DNA from: an uncultured Leptotrichia sp. | Lineage (GTDB): Bacteria; Fusobacteriota; Fusobacteriia; Fusobacteriales; Leptotrichiaceae | NCBI GenBank assembly: GCA_937925095.1 | Contig: CALEXX010000013.1 | Location: forward strand, 1-13,592 | Direction of reading: 5' to 3' | DNA length: 13,592 bases | Shown: positions 6,964 to 13,592 of the stretch, piece after piece | Layout: each line of letters starts with the position of its first letter | How positions within the stretch are numbered: the stretch's first letter is position 1 | The notes under the pieces: model-generated | The model's input: only the letters and a program-made list of their open reading frames with translations | What the model was told of the DNA's origin: nothing | Databases searched by the model: none | Translations under genes and position numbers: made by a program

Positions 6964-7409
6964 TAAAAATTGAAGCAGGAAATGTATCCCCTGAAACAGC
7001 TGAAAAACTTACAGAAATTCATAATGAAAATTTTGAAGAAAAGAAAAATGAAAGTTATTTTTTAGAAATTTTGAATAATGAACTGTACAGCGTTTACTGC
7101 CTATCTGCAGAAAAAATTCCGGAAATATCAGGATATGCAGTATTTTACGATACATTTGACAGTATTGACCTCTTTGAGATAGCCATATTGAAGGAAAAAC
7201 AGGGAAAAGGATATGGCAATACATTACTGAGTTATACATCTGATATTTTTTGCAGAAACGGAAAGAAAATATTGCTGGAAGTTAATGAAAACAATGAAAA
7301 AGCGATAAAACTGTATAAAAAGAATGGTTTTGAAGAAATATCGGTAAGAAAAAATTATTATGGAAATAATCAGAATGCAGTAATTATGATGAAAAATGAA
7401 GATATATAA
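6930..7409 (+). CDS. rimI: GNAT-family N-acetyltransferase, RimI-like (ribosomal-protein-alanine acetyltransferase)
   Basis: GNAT core motifs (…LFEIAILKEKQGKGYGNTLL…LEVNENNEKAIKLYKKNGFEE…RKNYY) at the length of RimI (159 aa). The ATG at 6930 overlaps the end of lepB by 34 nt. Confidence 0.7.
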   Translation: MVAVKQIGINIIKIEAGNVSPETAEKLTEIHNENFEEKKNESYFLEILNNELYSVYCLSAEKIPEISGYAVFYDTFDSIDLFEIAILKEKQGKGYGNTLLSYTSDIFCRNGKKILLEVNENNEKAIKLYKKNGFEEISVRKNYYGNNQNAVIMMKNEDI

Positions 7410-7455
7410 AAAAGATGTTGTGGTAGAAAATATAATATAAAAGGATTGGAGGTAA

Positions 7456-7493
7456 GGAAATTTCCAGTATGTAGCTAAATTACTGGAAATTCC
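7456..7493 (+). promoter_or_regulatory. Stable hairpin immediately upstream of the valS start, possibly translational or processing control; not a terminator
   Basis: Arm GGAAATTTCCAGTA (7456-7469) pairs with TACTGGAAATTCC (7481-7493) as a 13-bp stem with one bulged A and an 11-nt loop. No U-tract follows. The arm contains an SD-like AAGGAAA, and an ATG-TAG start-stop pair sits at 7469-7474. Confidence 0.3.
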
Positions 7494-7499
7494 GGAAAT

Positions 7500-10151
7500 A
7501 TGAAAAAAGAACTGGATAAAGTTTATTCGCCAACTGAAATCGAAGACAAGTGGTATAAAATATGGGAAGAAAATGGATACTTTAGTGCACAGCATAATGA
7601 CGAGAAGCCAGGTTACTCAATAGTAATCCCGCCTCCTAACGTAACAGGGATACTTCACATGGGTCATATGCTGGATAATACTATTCAGGATGCAATAATA
7701 AGATATAAAAGAATGAGTGGATTTGATACTTTGTGGGTTCCCGGAATGGATCATGCAGGAATTGCAACTCAGAATAAAGTTGAGAGAATGCTGAAGGAAC
7801 AGGGAACTTCAAAGGAAGAAATCGGAAGAGATGAATTCCTGAAAAAAACATGGGAATGGAAGGAAAAACACGGCGGACTTATAACTAAACAGTTGAGAAA
7901 ACTTGGAGTTTCTCCTGACTGGTCAAGAGAAAGATTTACAATGGATGAAGGGCTTTCGAGAGCTGTAAAGGAAGTATTTATAAAACTTTACAATGATGGT
8001 CTTATTTATAGAGGAGAATACATTGTAAACTGGTGTCCACATGATAAGACTGCCCTTGCAGATGACGAAGTAAACCACTTTGAAAAAAATGGAAAAATAT
8101 GGGAAATAAAATATCCTATAAAAGACAGTGATGGATATGTTGTAATTGCTACAACAAGACCTGAAACAATGCTGGGAGATACAGGAGTAGCTGTAAATCC
8201 TAACGACGAAAGATATAAGGATTTAATAGGAAAAAAGGTAATACTGCCATTAATGGACAGGGAAATACCTGTAGTTGCTGATGAGTATGTAGATATGGAA
8301 TTTGGAACAGGAGTAGTTAAAATGACGCCTTCCCACGATCCTAACGACTTTGAGGTGGCAAAAAGAACTGGACTTCCTTTCCTGAATATATTTACAGAAG
8401 ATGCAAAAGTAAATGAAAATGGTGGGAAGTATTGTGGGCTTGAAAGATTTGAAGCAAGAAAGGCTATACTGAAAGACCTTGAGGAACAGGGATACCTTGT
8501 AGGAGTGAAGGAACATAAAAATGCTGTTGGACACTGTTACAGATGTGACTCAGTAATTGAGCCAAGAGTTTCTACACAATGGTTTGTAAAAATGAAGCCT
8601 CTTGCTGAAAGAGCTCTAGAAGTAGTAAAAAATGGTAAAATACAGATAACTCCAAAAAGATGGGAAAAAGTGTACTATAACTGGCTTGAAAATATAAGGG
8701 ACTGGACAATTTCCAGACAGATCTGGTGGGGACACAGAATACCTGCCTATTATGCGGAAGACGGTTCAATATTTGTAGCTAGGGATTTAGAAGAAGCAAA
8801 GGCTCAGGCAAGGGAAAAATTTGGGAAAGATGTTCCTTTAAGAGAAGAAACAGATGTACTTGATACATGGTTTTCATCAGCTTTATGGCCTTTCTCCACA
8901 ATGGGATGGCCTGATAAGACAAAGGATCTTGAAAAATTCTTCCCGACAAATGTACTTGTAACAGGAGCAGATATACTGTTCTTCTGGGTAGCAAGAATGG
9001 TGATGATGAGTTTATATATAAATGATGAGATACCATTTGACTATGTATATTTACATGGTCTTATAAGAGATGAACAGGGAAGAAAAATGAGTAAATCCCT
9101 AGGAAACTCACCTGATCCTCTAGATCTTATAGATAAGTACGGAGCTGATGCAATAAGATTCAGTTTCCTTTACAATACATCACAGGGACAGGATATACAT
9201 TTCTCAGAAAAACTTCTTGAAATGGGATCAGCTTTTGCAAATAAAGTATGGAATGCATCGAGATTTGTATTGTCTAACCTTGAAGATTTTGACGACAAAG
9301 TGTCTGTAATGGATCTGGAATTCAAGCTGGAAGACAGATGGATACTGTCGAAACTTCAGTCAGCATCAAAATCTATAAATGAAAGCATGGAAAAATACGA
9401 GCTAGACAGTGCGGCAAAAATAGCCTATGAATTTTTCAGGGGAGATTTCTGTGACTGGTATGTGGAAATTGCTAAAACGAGAGTTTATGGTGGAGAAGGT
9501 ACAGATAAAGCAACTGCCCAGTGGGTATTGAAACATGTGCTGGATAATGGTCTGAAAATGCTTCATCCATTTATGCCATTTATTACAGAAGAAATATGGC
9601 AGAAACTTGAAATAGAAGAGCCTACTATAATGCTTTCAGATTTCCCTAAGGAAGACAAGGCATTAGTAAGTGTTGAATCAGAAAAGGAATTTGACTATTT
9701 GAAGGAAGTAGTAACAGCTGTAAGAAATATAAGAGGAGAAAACAATGTTTCACCTTCAAAGAAAATTGAAGTAATATTCAAGACTGTAAATGAAGCTGAA
9801 AAGAAAATACTGGAGCACAATCCTAAGATTTTAGATAAGCTTGCAAATGTTGAAAAATATGACTTCACACCTAATATTGAAATTCCTGAACTTGTAGGAT
9901 TCAGACTAGTTGAAACTACTGAAATATATGTTCCGCTTGCTGATCTTATAGACAAGGAAAAGGAAATTGCAAAACTTGAAAAGGATATAGAAAAAACTCA
10001 GAAGGAACTGGATAAGGTTTTAGGAAAGCTTTCAAATGAAGCGTTTTTAGCGAAAGCACCTCAAGCTGTTGTTGACAAGGAAAATGCAATTAAGGAAGAA
10101 CTTGAAACTAAAATTGCAAAATTCAGGGAATCGATAAACCTGTATAAATAA
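7500..10151 (+). CDS. valS: Valine--tRNA ligase (valyl-tRNA synthetase)
   Basis: Class I HIGH motif (PPPNVTGILHMGHML), KMSKS motif (GRKMSKSLGN), the typical N-terminus (…YSPTEIEDKWYKIWEENGYF), a C-terminal coiled-coil region and a length of 883 aa. Confidence 0.95.
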   Translation: MKKELDKVYSPTEIEDKWYKIWEENGYFSAQHNDEKPGYSIVIPPPNVTGILHMGHMLDNTIQDAIIRYKRMSGFDTLWVPGMDHAGIATQNKVERMLKEQGTSKEEIGRDEFLKKTWEWKEKHGGLITKQLRKLGVSPDWSRERFTMDEGLSRAVKEVFIKLYNDGLIYRGEYIVNWCPHDKTALADDEVNHFEKNGKIWEIKYPIKDSDGYVVIATTRPETMLGDTGVAVNPNDERYKDLIGKKVILPLMDREIPVVADEYVDMEFGTGVVKMTPSHDPNDFEVAKRTGLPFLNIFTEDAKVNENGGKYCGLERFEARKAILKDLEEQGYLVGVKEHKNAVGHCYRCDSVIEPRVSTQWFVKMKPLAERALEVVKNGKIQITPKRWEKVYYNWLENIRDWTISRQIWWGHRIPAYYAEDGSIFVARDLEEAKAQAREKFGKDVPLREETDVLDTWFSSALWPFSTMGWPDKTKDLEKFFPTNVLVTGADILFFWVARMVMMSLYINDEIPFDYVYLHGLIRDEQGRKMSKSLGNSPDPLDLIDKYGADAIRFSFLYNTSQGQDIHFSEKLLEMGSAFANKVWNASRFVLSNLEDFDDKVSVMDLEFKLEDRWILSKLQSASKSINESMEKYELDSAAKIAYEFFRGDFCDWYVEIAKTRVYGGEGTDKATAQWVLKHVLDNGLKMLHPFMPFITEEIWQKLEIEEPTIMLSDFPKEDKALVSVESEKEFDYLKEVVTAVRNIRGENNVSPSKKIEVIFKTVNEAEKKILEHNPKILDKLANVEKYDFTPNIEIPELVGFRLVETTEIYVPLADLIDKEKEIAKLEKDIEKTQKELDKVLGKLSNEAFLAKAPQAVVDKENAIKEELETKIAKFRESINLYK

Positions 10152-10167
10152 TTTGTGTAAAATAATG

Positions 10168-10196
10168 AAATTCTGATAGAATTTTATATTTCTGTT
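10168..10196 (+). terminator. Weak AT-rich hairpin and U-rich tract after valS
   Basis: AAATTCT-GAT-AGAATTT stem-loop followed by TATATTTCTGTT. Stem stability is low. Confidence 0.25.
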
Positions 10197-10219
10197 ACTG
10201 GCTGGTAAATTTATTAATC

Positions 10220-10248
10220 TTTAAAAAAAGCAAAAAATGTAGTATAAT
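10220..10248 (+). promoter_or_regulatory. Putative promoter of the nfeD-SPFH operon (TTTAAA-17-TATAAT)
   Basis: TTTAAA at 10220-10225, a 17-nt spacer and TATAAT at 10243-10248. It has the same architecture as the asparaginase promoter. Confidence 0.4.
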
Positions 10249-10335
10249 ATAAGAAAGAAATTTTATACATAACATATTAAATGTATGAAATAAAAAAACT
10301 TACGAATGGATTAATTTCCGGGAGGGAGAACTTTA

Positions 10336-10758
10336 ATGGGAGCTATGTTTTGGGCAATTGCTACGGCAGTATTTGCAATACTTGAAATTGTGATACCTGG
10401 TCTTGTTACAATATGGCTGGCTCTTGCCGCTCTAATTGTGACGGTATTTGCAGGATTTATAAATAATCCTACTGTGGAATTTGTTATTTTTGCGGTATTT
10501 TCATTGATTTTTGTAATATTTACAAGACCTGTTTTGAGAAGATACATTCAAAAGGCAGACAAAAAATTCAGTCCTCAAATGAAAGGTTCTGAAATAAAAA
10601 TCGAAAAAGTTGTAAATACTGACAAACAGAAAAAGGAATATGAAGTAAAATTTAAAGGTTCCATATGGACAGGAACTAGTGATGAATTTTTTAAGGTAGG
10701 AGATATTGTCAAAATTAAAAATTTTGAAGGAAATAAAATTATACTTGAAAGAAAATAG
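10336..10758 (+). CDS. NfeD-like membrane protein (short form, C-terminal OB-fold), partner of an SPFH protein
   Basis: Two N-terminal TM helices plus a C-terminal beta-rich domain (…GSIWTGTSDEFFKVGDIVKIKNFEGNKIILE) typical of the NfeD/YuaF family. SD GGGAGGGAG upstream. It lies immediately 5' of a band-7 gene, the canonical nfeD-SPFH pair. Confidence 0.8.
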   Translation: MGAMFWAIATAVFAILEIVIPGLVTIWLALAALIVTVFAGFINNPTVEFVIFAVFSLIFVIFTRPVLRRYIQKADKKFSPQMKGSEIKIEKVVNTDKQKKEYEVKFKGSIWTGTSDEFFKVGDIVKIKNFEGNKIILERK

Positions 10759-10800
10759 TAGTAGAAAAATATTTTAAATAAAACTTAGGAGGAGATTACA

Positions 10801-11703
10801 ATGTTTCTTTTATTACCATTTGGAATAATAATAATAGTAGCTGCGTTAATAATAATATTTAAGGCTATTAAAATTGTTCCTGAATCAAGAGTTTATATTA
10901 TTGAAAAATTAGGGAAATATGATCAGTCACTGTCATCAGGGTTGAATTTCATAAATCCGTTTTTTGACAGGGTTGCAAGGGTTGTTTCATTGAAGGAACA
11001 GGTTGTGGATTTTCCACCTCAGCCTGTAATTACAAAGGACAATGCCACTATGCAAATTGATACAATAATATATTTTCAGATAACTGATCCAAAGTTATAT
11101 ACTTATGGAATAGAAAGACCTATATCAGCTATTGAAAATCTTACTGCAACAACATTGAGAAATATAATCGGGGATATGACTGTTGACCAGACATTGACTT
11201 CGAGAGATGTAATAAATACAAATATGAGAGTTGAGCTTGATGAAGCTACAGACCCATGGGGAATTAAAGTAAACAGGGTTGAGTTAAAGAGTATAATTCC
11301 GCCGGCTGATATAAGATCTGCCATGGAAAAGGAAATGAAAGCAGAAAGGGAAAAAAGAGCGAATATTCTTGAAGCACAGGCAAAAAGAGAATCTGCAATA
11401 TTAGTGGCTGAAGGGGAAAAACAGGCGGCAATATTGAGAGCAGAGGCTAAAAAGGAACAGGCTATAAAGGAAGCAGAAGGGGAAGCGGAAGCTATTCTTT
11501 CAATTCAGAGGGCAAAAGCAGAAGCATTGAGACTTCTGAATGAAGCAAAACCTACACCTGAAGTACTTTCATTAAAAGGAATGGAAGCATTTGAAAAAGC
11601 TGCTGATGGTAATGCTACAAAAATCATCGTTCCTGCAAATTTCCAAAACCTTGCAAGCACAATAACTGCATTTGCAGAATTGAATGAAAAAACTGAAAAC
11701 TAA
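10801..11703 (+). CDS. SPFH/band-7 (stomatin/QmcA-like) membrane-anchored protein
   Basis: N-terminal TM anchor, SPFH domain, and an Ala/Glu-rich coiled C-terminus (EAQAKRESAILVAEGEKQAAILRAEAKKEQAIKEAEGEAEAIL). SD GGAGGAG upstream. 300 aa. Confidence 0.85.
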   Translation: MFLLLPFGIIIIVAALIIIFKAIKIVPESRVYIIEKLGKYDQSLSSGLNFINPFFDRVARVVSLKEQVVDFPPQPVITKDNATMQIDTIIYFQITDPKLYTYGIERPISAIENLTATTLRNIIGDMTVDQTLTSRDVINTNMRVELDEATDPWGIKVNRVELKSIIPPADIRSAMEKEMKAEREKRANILEAQAKRESAILVAEGEKQAAILRAEAKKEQAIKEAEGEAEAILSIQRAKAEALRLLNEAKPTPEVLSLKGMEAFEKAADGNATKIIVPANFQNLASTITAFAELNEKTEN

Positions 11704-11712
11704 AATAGTCCG

Positions 11713-11732
11713 GCAGTTTGAGAACTGCTTTT
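11713..11732 (+). terminator. Short hairpin and T-tract after the SPFH gene
   Basis: GCAGTT-TGAG-AACTGC followed by TTTTAAAGC. Confidence 0.35.
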
Positions 11733-11776
11733 AAAGCTTATATTTTTTCAGAGTGTAATATACTAAATAAATATTA

Positions 11777-11805
11777 TTGTTAAATATGACAAAGTATGCT
11801 AAAAT
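11777..11805 (+). promoter_or_regulatory. tpiA promoter (TTGTTA-17-TGcTAAAAT, extended -10)
   Basis: TTGTTA at 11777-11782, a 17-nt spacer, TG at 11797-11798 and TAAAAT at 11800-11805. Confidence 0.5.
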
Positions 11806-11838
11806 ATTTAGGAAAAATAAAAATATGGAGGAAGAATA

Positions 11839-12606
11839 ATGAGAAAAGTAATCGTAGCGGGAAACTGGAAAATGAACAAAACTGCAAAAGAGGCAGCAGA
11901 ATTTTTTGCAGAATTTAAACCTTTAGTTGCAGATGTTAAAAATGCAGGGATTGTTATAGGGGTACCGTTTACAGCTTTAGAGACAGCAACAAGAGAAACA
12001 GCAGGATCAAATATTAAAATAGCTGCTGAAAACATGAATGCAAATGACAGTGGGGCTTATACAGGAGAAGTTTCTCCATTAATGTTAAAAGATTTAGGTG
12101 TTGAATATGTTATTTTAGGACACTCAGAAAGAAGAGAATACTATGGGGAAACGGATGCCATAGTTAATGAAAAAGTAAAAGCGGCACTTAAACACGGATT
12201 AAAACCAATTTTATGCGTTGGAGAAAAATTGGAAGAAAGAGAAAATGGAACTACTGAAAAAGTAGTTGAAGAACAAGTAGTAGGTGGATTGAAAGATGTA
12301 TCTGCTGAAGAAATGGCAAATGTAGTAATAGCTTATGAACCTGTATGGGCAATAGGAACAGGTAAAACTGCAACTCCAGAACAGGCTCAGGAAGTTCATG
12401 CATTTATAAGAGGATTACTTGGAAAACTTTACAGTGCTGAAGTTGCTGAAAATGTAACAGTTCAGTACGGTGGATCAATGAATGATGCCAATGCGGCTGA
12501 GCTTATCGCTCAAAAAGATATAGATGGTGGATTAGTTGGAGGAGCAAGCTTAATTCCTGAAAAATTCACTGTAATAGTAAAAGCGGGAGATTCTGCAGTT
12601 AAGTAG
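11839..12606 (+). CDS. tpiA: Triosephosphate isomerase
   Basis: N-terminal VIVAGNWKMNKT, the active-site region AYEPVWAIGTGKTAT, a length of 255 aa and SD GGAGGAAG. Confidence 0.95.
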   Translation: MRKVIVAGNWKMNKTAKEAAEFFAEFKPLVADVKNAGIVIGVPFTALETATRETAGSNIKIAAENMNANDSGAYTGEVSPLMLKDLGVEYVILGHSERREYYGETDAIVNEKVKAALKHGLKPILCVGEKLEERENGTTEKVVEEQVVGGLKDVSAEEMANVVIAYEPVWAIGTGKTATPEQAQEVHAFIRGLLGKLYSAEVAENVTVQYGGSMNDANAAELIAQKDIDGGLVGGASLIPEKFTVIVKAGDSAVK

Positions 12607-12643
12607 TTAATGTATAATTTGCCGTAAATTCATAGGAGGAATA

Positions 12644-12847
12644 ATGTTAGAAAATTTACTGGTAATAATTTTAGTAGTTTTAGCTATAATTATGATAGCT
12701 GTTATCCTGTTACAGCCTGACAGAAGTCAGGGACTGGCTAAAAATGCCAATATAGTAGACGAGGAAAAAGAAGGAATTGAAAAGTTTACTGAATGGATAG
12801 CAACAGCATTTCTAGTTGTGGCGATACTGTTTCAGATAATAAGATAA
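12644..12847 (+). CDS. secG: Preprotein translocase subunit SecG
   Basis: 67-aa two-TM protein with the conserved SecG N-terminus (…IIMIAVILLQPDRSQGL…) and SD AGGAGGA. It lies directly downstream of tpiA, as in several phyla. Confidence 0.75.
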   Translation: MLENLLVIILVVLAIIMIAVILLQPDRSQGLAKNANIVDEEKEGIEKFTEWIATAFLVVAILFQIIR

Positions 12848-12881
12848 AAACTATTATAAATTAAATTCATGGAGGTAAAGT

Positions 12882-13097
12882 ATGAAAATGAAAGAACTAG
12901 AAAAAGATGAATTATTAAGAGTTGATGGAGGTCGTGGATTACGTGAATTTATAAGGGAAATTTCAGGTGGAGCAGTTTATGATGAAAGAGATAGATTAAG
13001 AGAGAGAGTTAAAGAGTTAGAAAGAAGAATTAGAGTAGATGACAGAGAAATTCATGAAAGAGACAGAGGGAAATCTGGATTACGTAGAGCAAGATAA
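12882..13097 (+). CDS. Small secreted-peptide precursor candidate (71 aa): double-glycine-type leader followed by a highly charged Arg/Glu/Asp-rich 54-aa core
   Basis: Strong SD GGAGGT (12872-12877) with a 5-nt spacer to the ATG at 12882. Residues 1-17, MKMKELEKDELLRVDGG, fit the GG-leader consensus: hydrophobic at -4, -7, -12 and -15, Glu at -8, Gly-Gly at -2/-1 (codons 12927-12932). The core has about 18 Arg/Lys and 13 Asp/Glu and very few hydrophobic residues. A clean terminator follows. The coding strand is strongly purine-rich. Confidence 0.5.
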   Translation: MKMKELEKDELLRVDGGRGLREFIREISGGAVYDERDRLRERVKELERRIRVDDREIHERDRGKSGLRRAR

Positions 13098-13109
13098 GAT
13101 GGAGAATGT

Positions 13110-13153
13110 ACTGCACCAAAATTTTAGATATAAAATTAAAGGTGCAGTTTTTC
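13110..13153 (+). terminator. Rho-independent terminator after the small peptide gene
   Basis: 8-bp stem ACTGCACC (13110-13117) / GGTGCAGT (13141-13148) with an AT-rich 23-nt loop, followed by TTTTTCT. Confidence 0.55.
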
Positions 13154-13219
13154 TATGAAATTGATTAGGAAGATAAAATCAAAATAAATGAAAAGGATTG
13201 AAAGGTAAAATTTAAAATT

Positions 13220-13592
13220 ATGAGAAGATATAAAAATGTATATTTATTTTTCAATTTATTTAGTATAGAGGTATTGCTGTTCATTATCTTCTTTTATAAT
13301 AGAAAAATGGATATGGTATATGTAAATGACGAATTTGTTTCCTATCTGTTTGAGGGAATTTATTTATCTCTAACTATATTTATTACGGAGGAAATGATTT
13401 TTAGGGAAGGATTTTTTATTATTCTAAAAAATAAAATGAAATATTACAATGTAATACAGGCAATTCTGTTTTCGATTTTTCACTTGAATTTTATTTATTT
13501 CTATGCAATAAAAAATATTTTTCTGAGTATTTTATACAGTTTTATTACAGGAATGATATATGGAAATATCAGGAAAAATTCTAAAAATGTAG
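13220..13592 (+). CDS. CPBP-family (CAAX protease / bacteriocin self-immunity, Abi-like) intramembrane metalloprotease, 5' part; continues beyond the window end
   Basis: Manually translated from the ATG at 13220 (in-frame TGA at 13199-13201 just upstream). No stop occurs through 13592, which is why it is missing from the ORF track. It encodes hydrophobic helices plus motif 1 EEMIFR (EExxxR) and motif 2 FSIFH (FxxxH) at the spacing typical of CPBP/Abi proteins. Motif 3 (HxxxN/D) is not resolved in the window. Confidence 0.55.
   Translation, partial: MRRYKNVYLFFNLFSIEVLLFIIFFYNRKMDMVYVNDEFVSYLFEGIYLSLTIFITEEMIFREGFFIILKNKMKYYNVIQAILFSIFHLNFIYFYAIKNIFLSILYSFITGMIYGNIRKNSKNV

Noticed and set aside
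7410-7499. T-box riboswitch upstream of valS
   Set aside because: The intergenic space is only 90 nt, and no T-box consensus (AATTAGGGTGGNACCGCG-like) or specifier/antiterminator arrangement is present. Only a simple hairpin was found.
4474-7595. Minus-strand ORFs 4474..4671, 5475..5684, 6834..7022, 7009..7239 and 7224..7595
   Set aside because: All are antisense to ansA, lepB, rimI or valS and low complexity. 7224..7595 spans the rimI-valS junction but reads through the valS N-terminus antisense and lacks an RBS.
8250-9955. Minus-strand ORFs 8250..8534, 8572..8769, 8779..9036 and 9695..9955 inside valS
   Set aside because: They are antisense to a fully conserved aminoacyl-tRNA synthetase gene, which is the expected result of few stop codons on the reverse of a purine-rich coding strand.
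10311-12399. Minus-strand ORFs 10311..10547, 11103..11324, 11808..12035 and 12211..12399
   Set aside because: They are antisense to nfeD, the SPFH gene and tpiA. There is no RBS and no supporting features.
1-13592. CRISPR arrays, tandem repeats, IS elements, integrases and tRNA/rRNA genes
   Set aside because: I found no regularly spaced direct repeats, no transposase- or integrase-like ORFs, no terminal inverted repeats bounding a segment, and no tRNA-like T-arm (GTTCRANYC) motifs on scanning. The window appears to be chromosomal backbone apart from the 3' peptide/Abi cassette.

Overview
The window is an AT-rich bacterial chromosomal segment; low-GC codon usage fits Fusobacteriota or a low-GC Firmicute, but I cannot assign a genus from sequence alone. 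Most of it is housekeeping. A partial C-terminal outer-membrane beta-barrel gene is on the + strand, convergent with a minus-strand operon of nitroreductase, a DUF1275/YoaK-like membrane protein and a lipoprotein. A 643-bp gene-free gap follows and carries an orphan consensus promoter. A Crp/Fnr-family regulator is divergent from a type I L-asparaginase. Then come rplS, an unusually long signal peptidase I with five extra N-terminal transmembrane helices, rimI, valS, an NfeD/SPFH (stomatin-like) pair, and tpiA-secG. The most unusual part is the 3' end. Directly after secG sits a 71-aa ORF, well supported by a Shine-Dalgarno (SD) site and a terminator. Its first 17 residues match the double-glycine (GG) bacteriocin/peptide-pheromone leader consensus, and its core is extremely Arg/Glu/Asp-rich. 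It is followed by a CDS that runs off the window (and is therefore missing from the ORF track) with the EExxxR and FxxxH motifs of CPBP/Abi intramembrane metalloproteases, which are typical bacteriocin-immunity partners. No transposases, CRISPR arrays, tRNAs or rRNAs were seen. All promoter, terminator and ncRNA calls are manual pattern readings, not computed folds or database hits.
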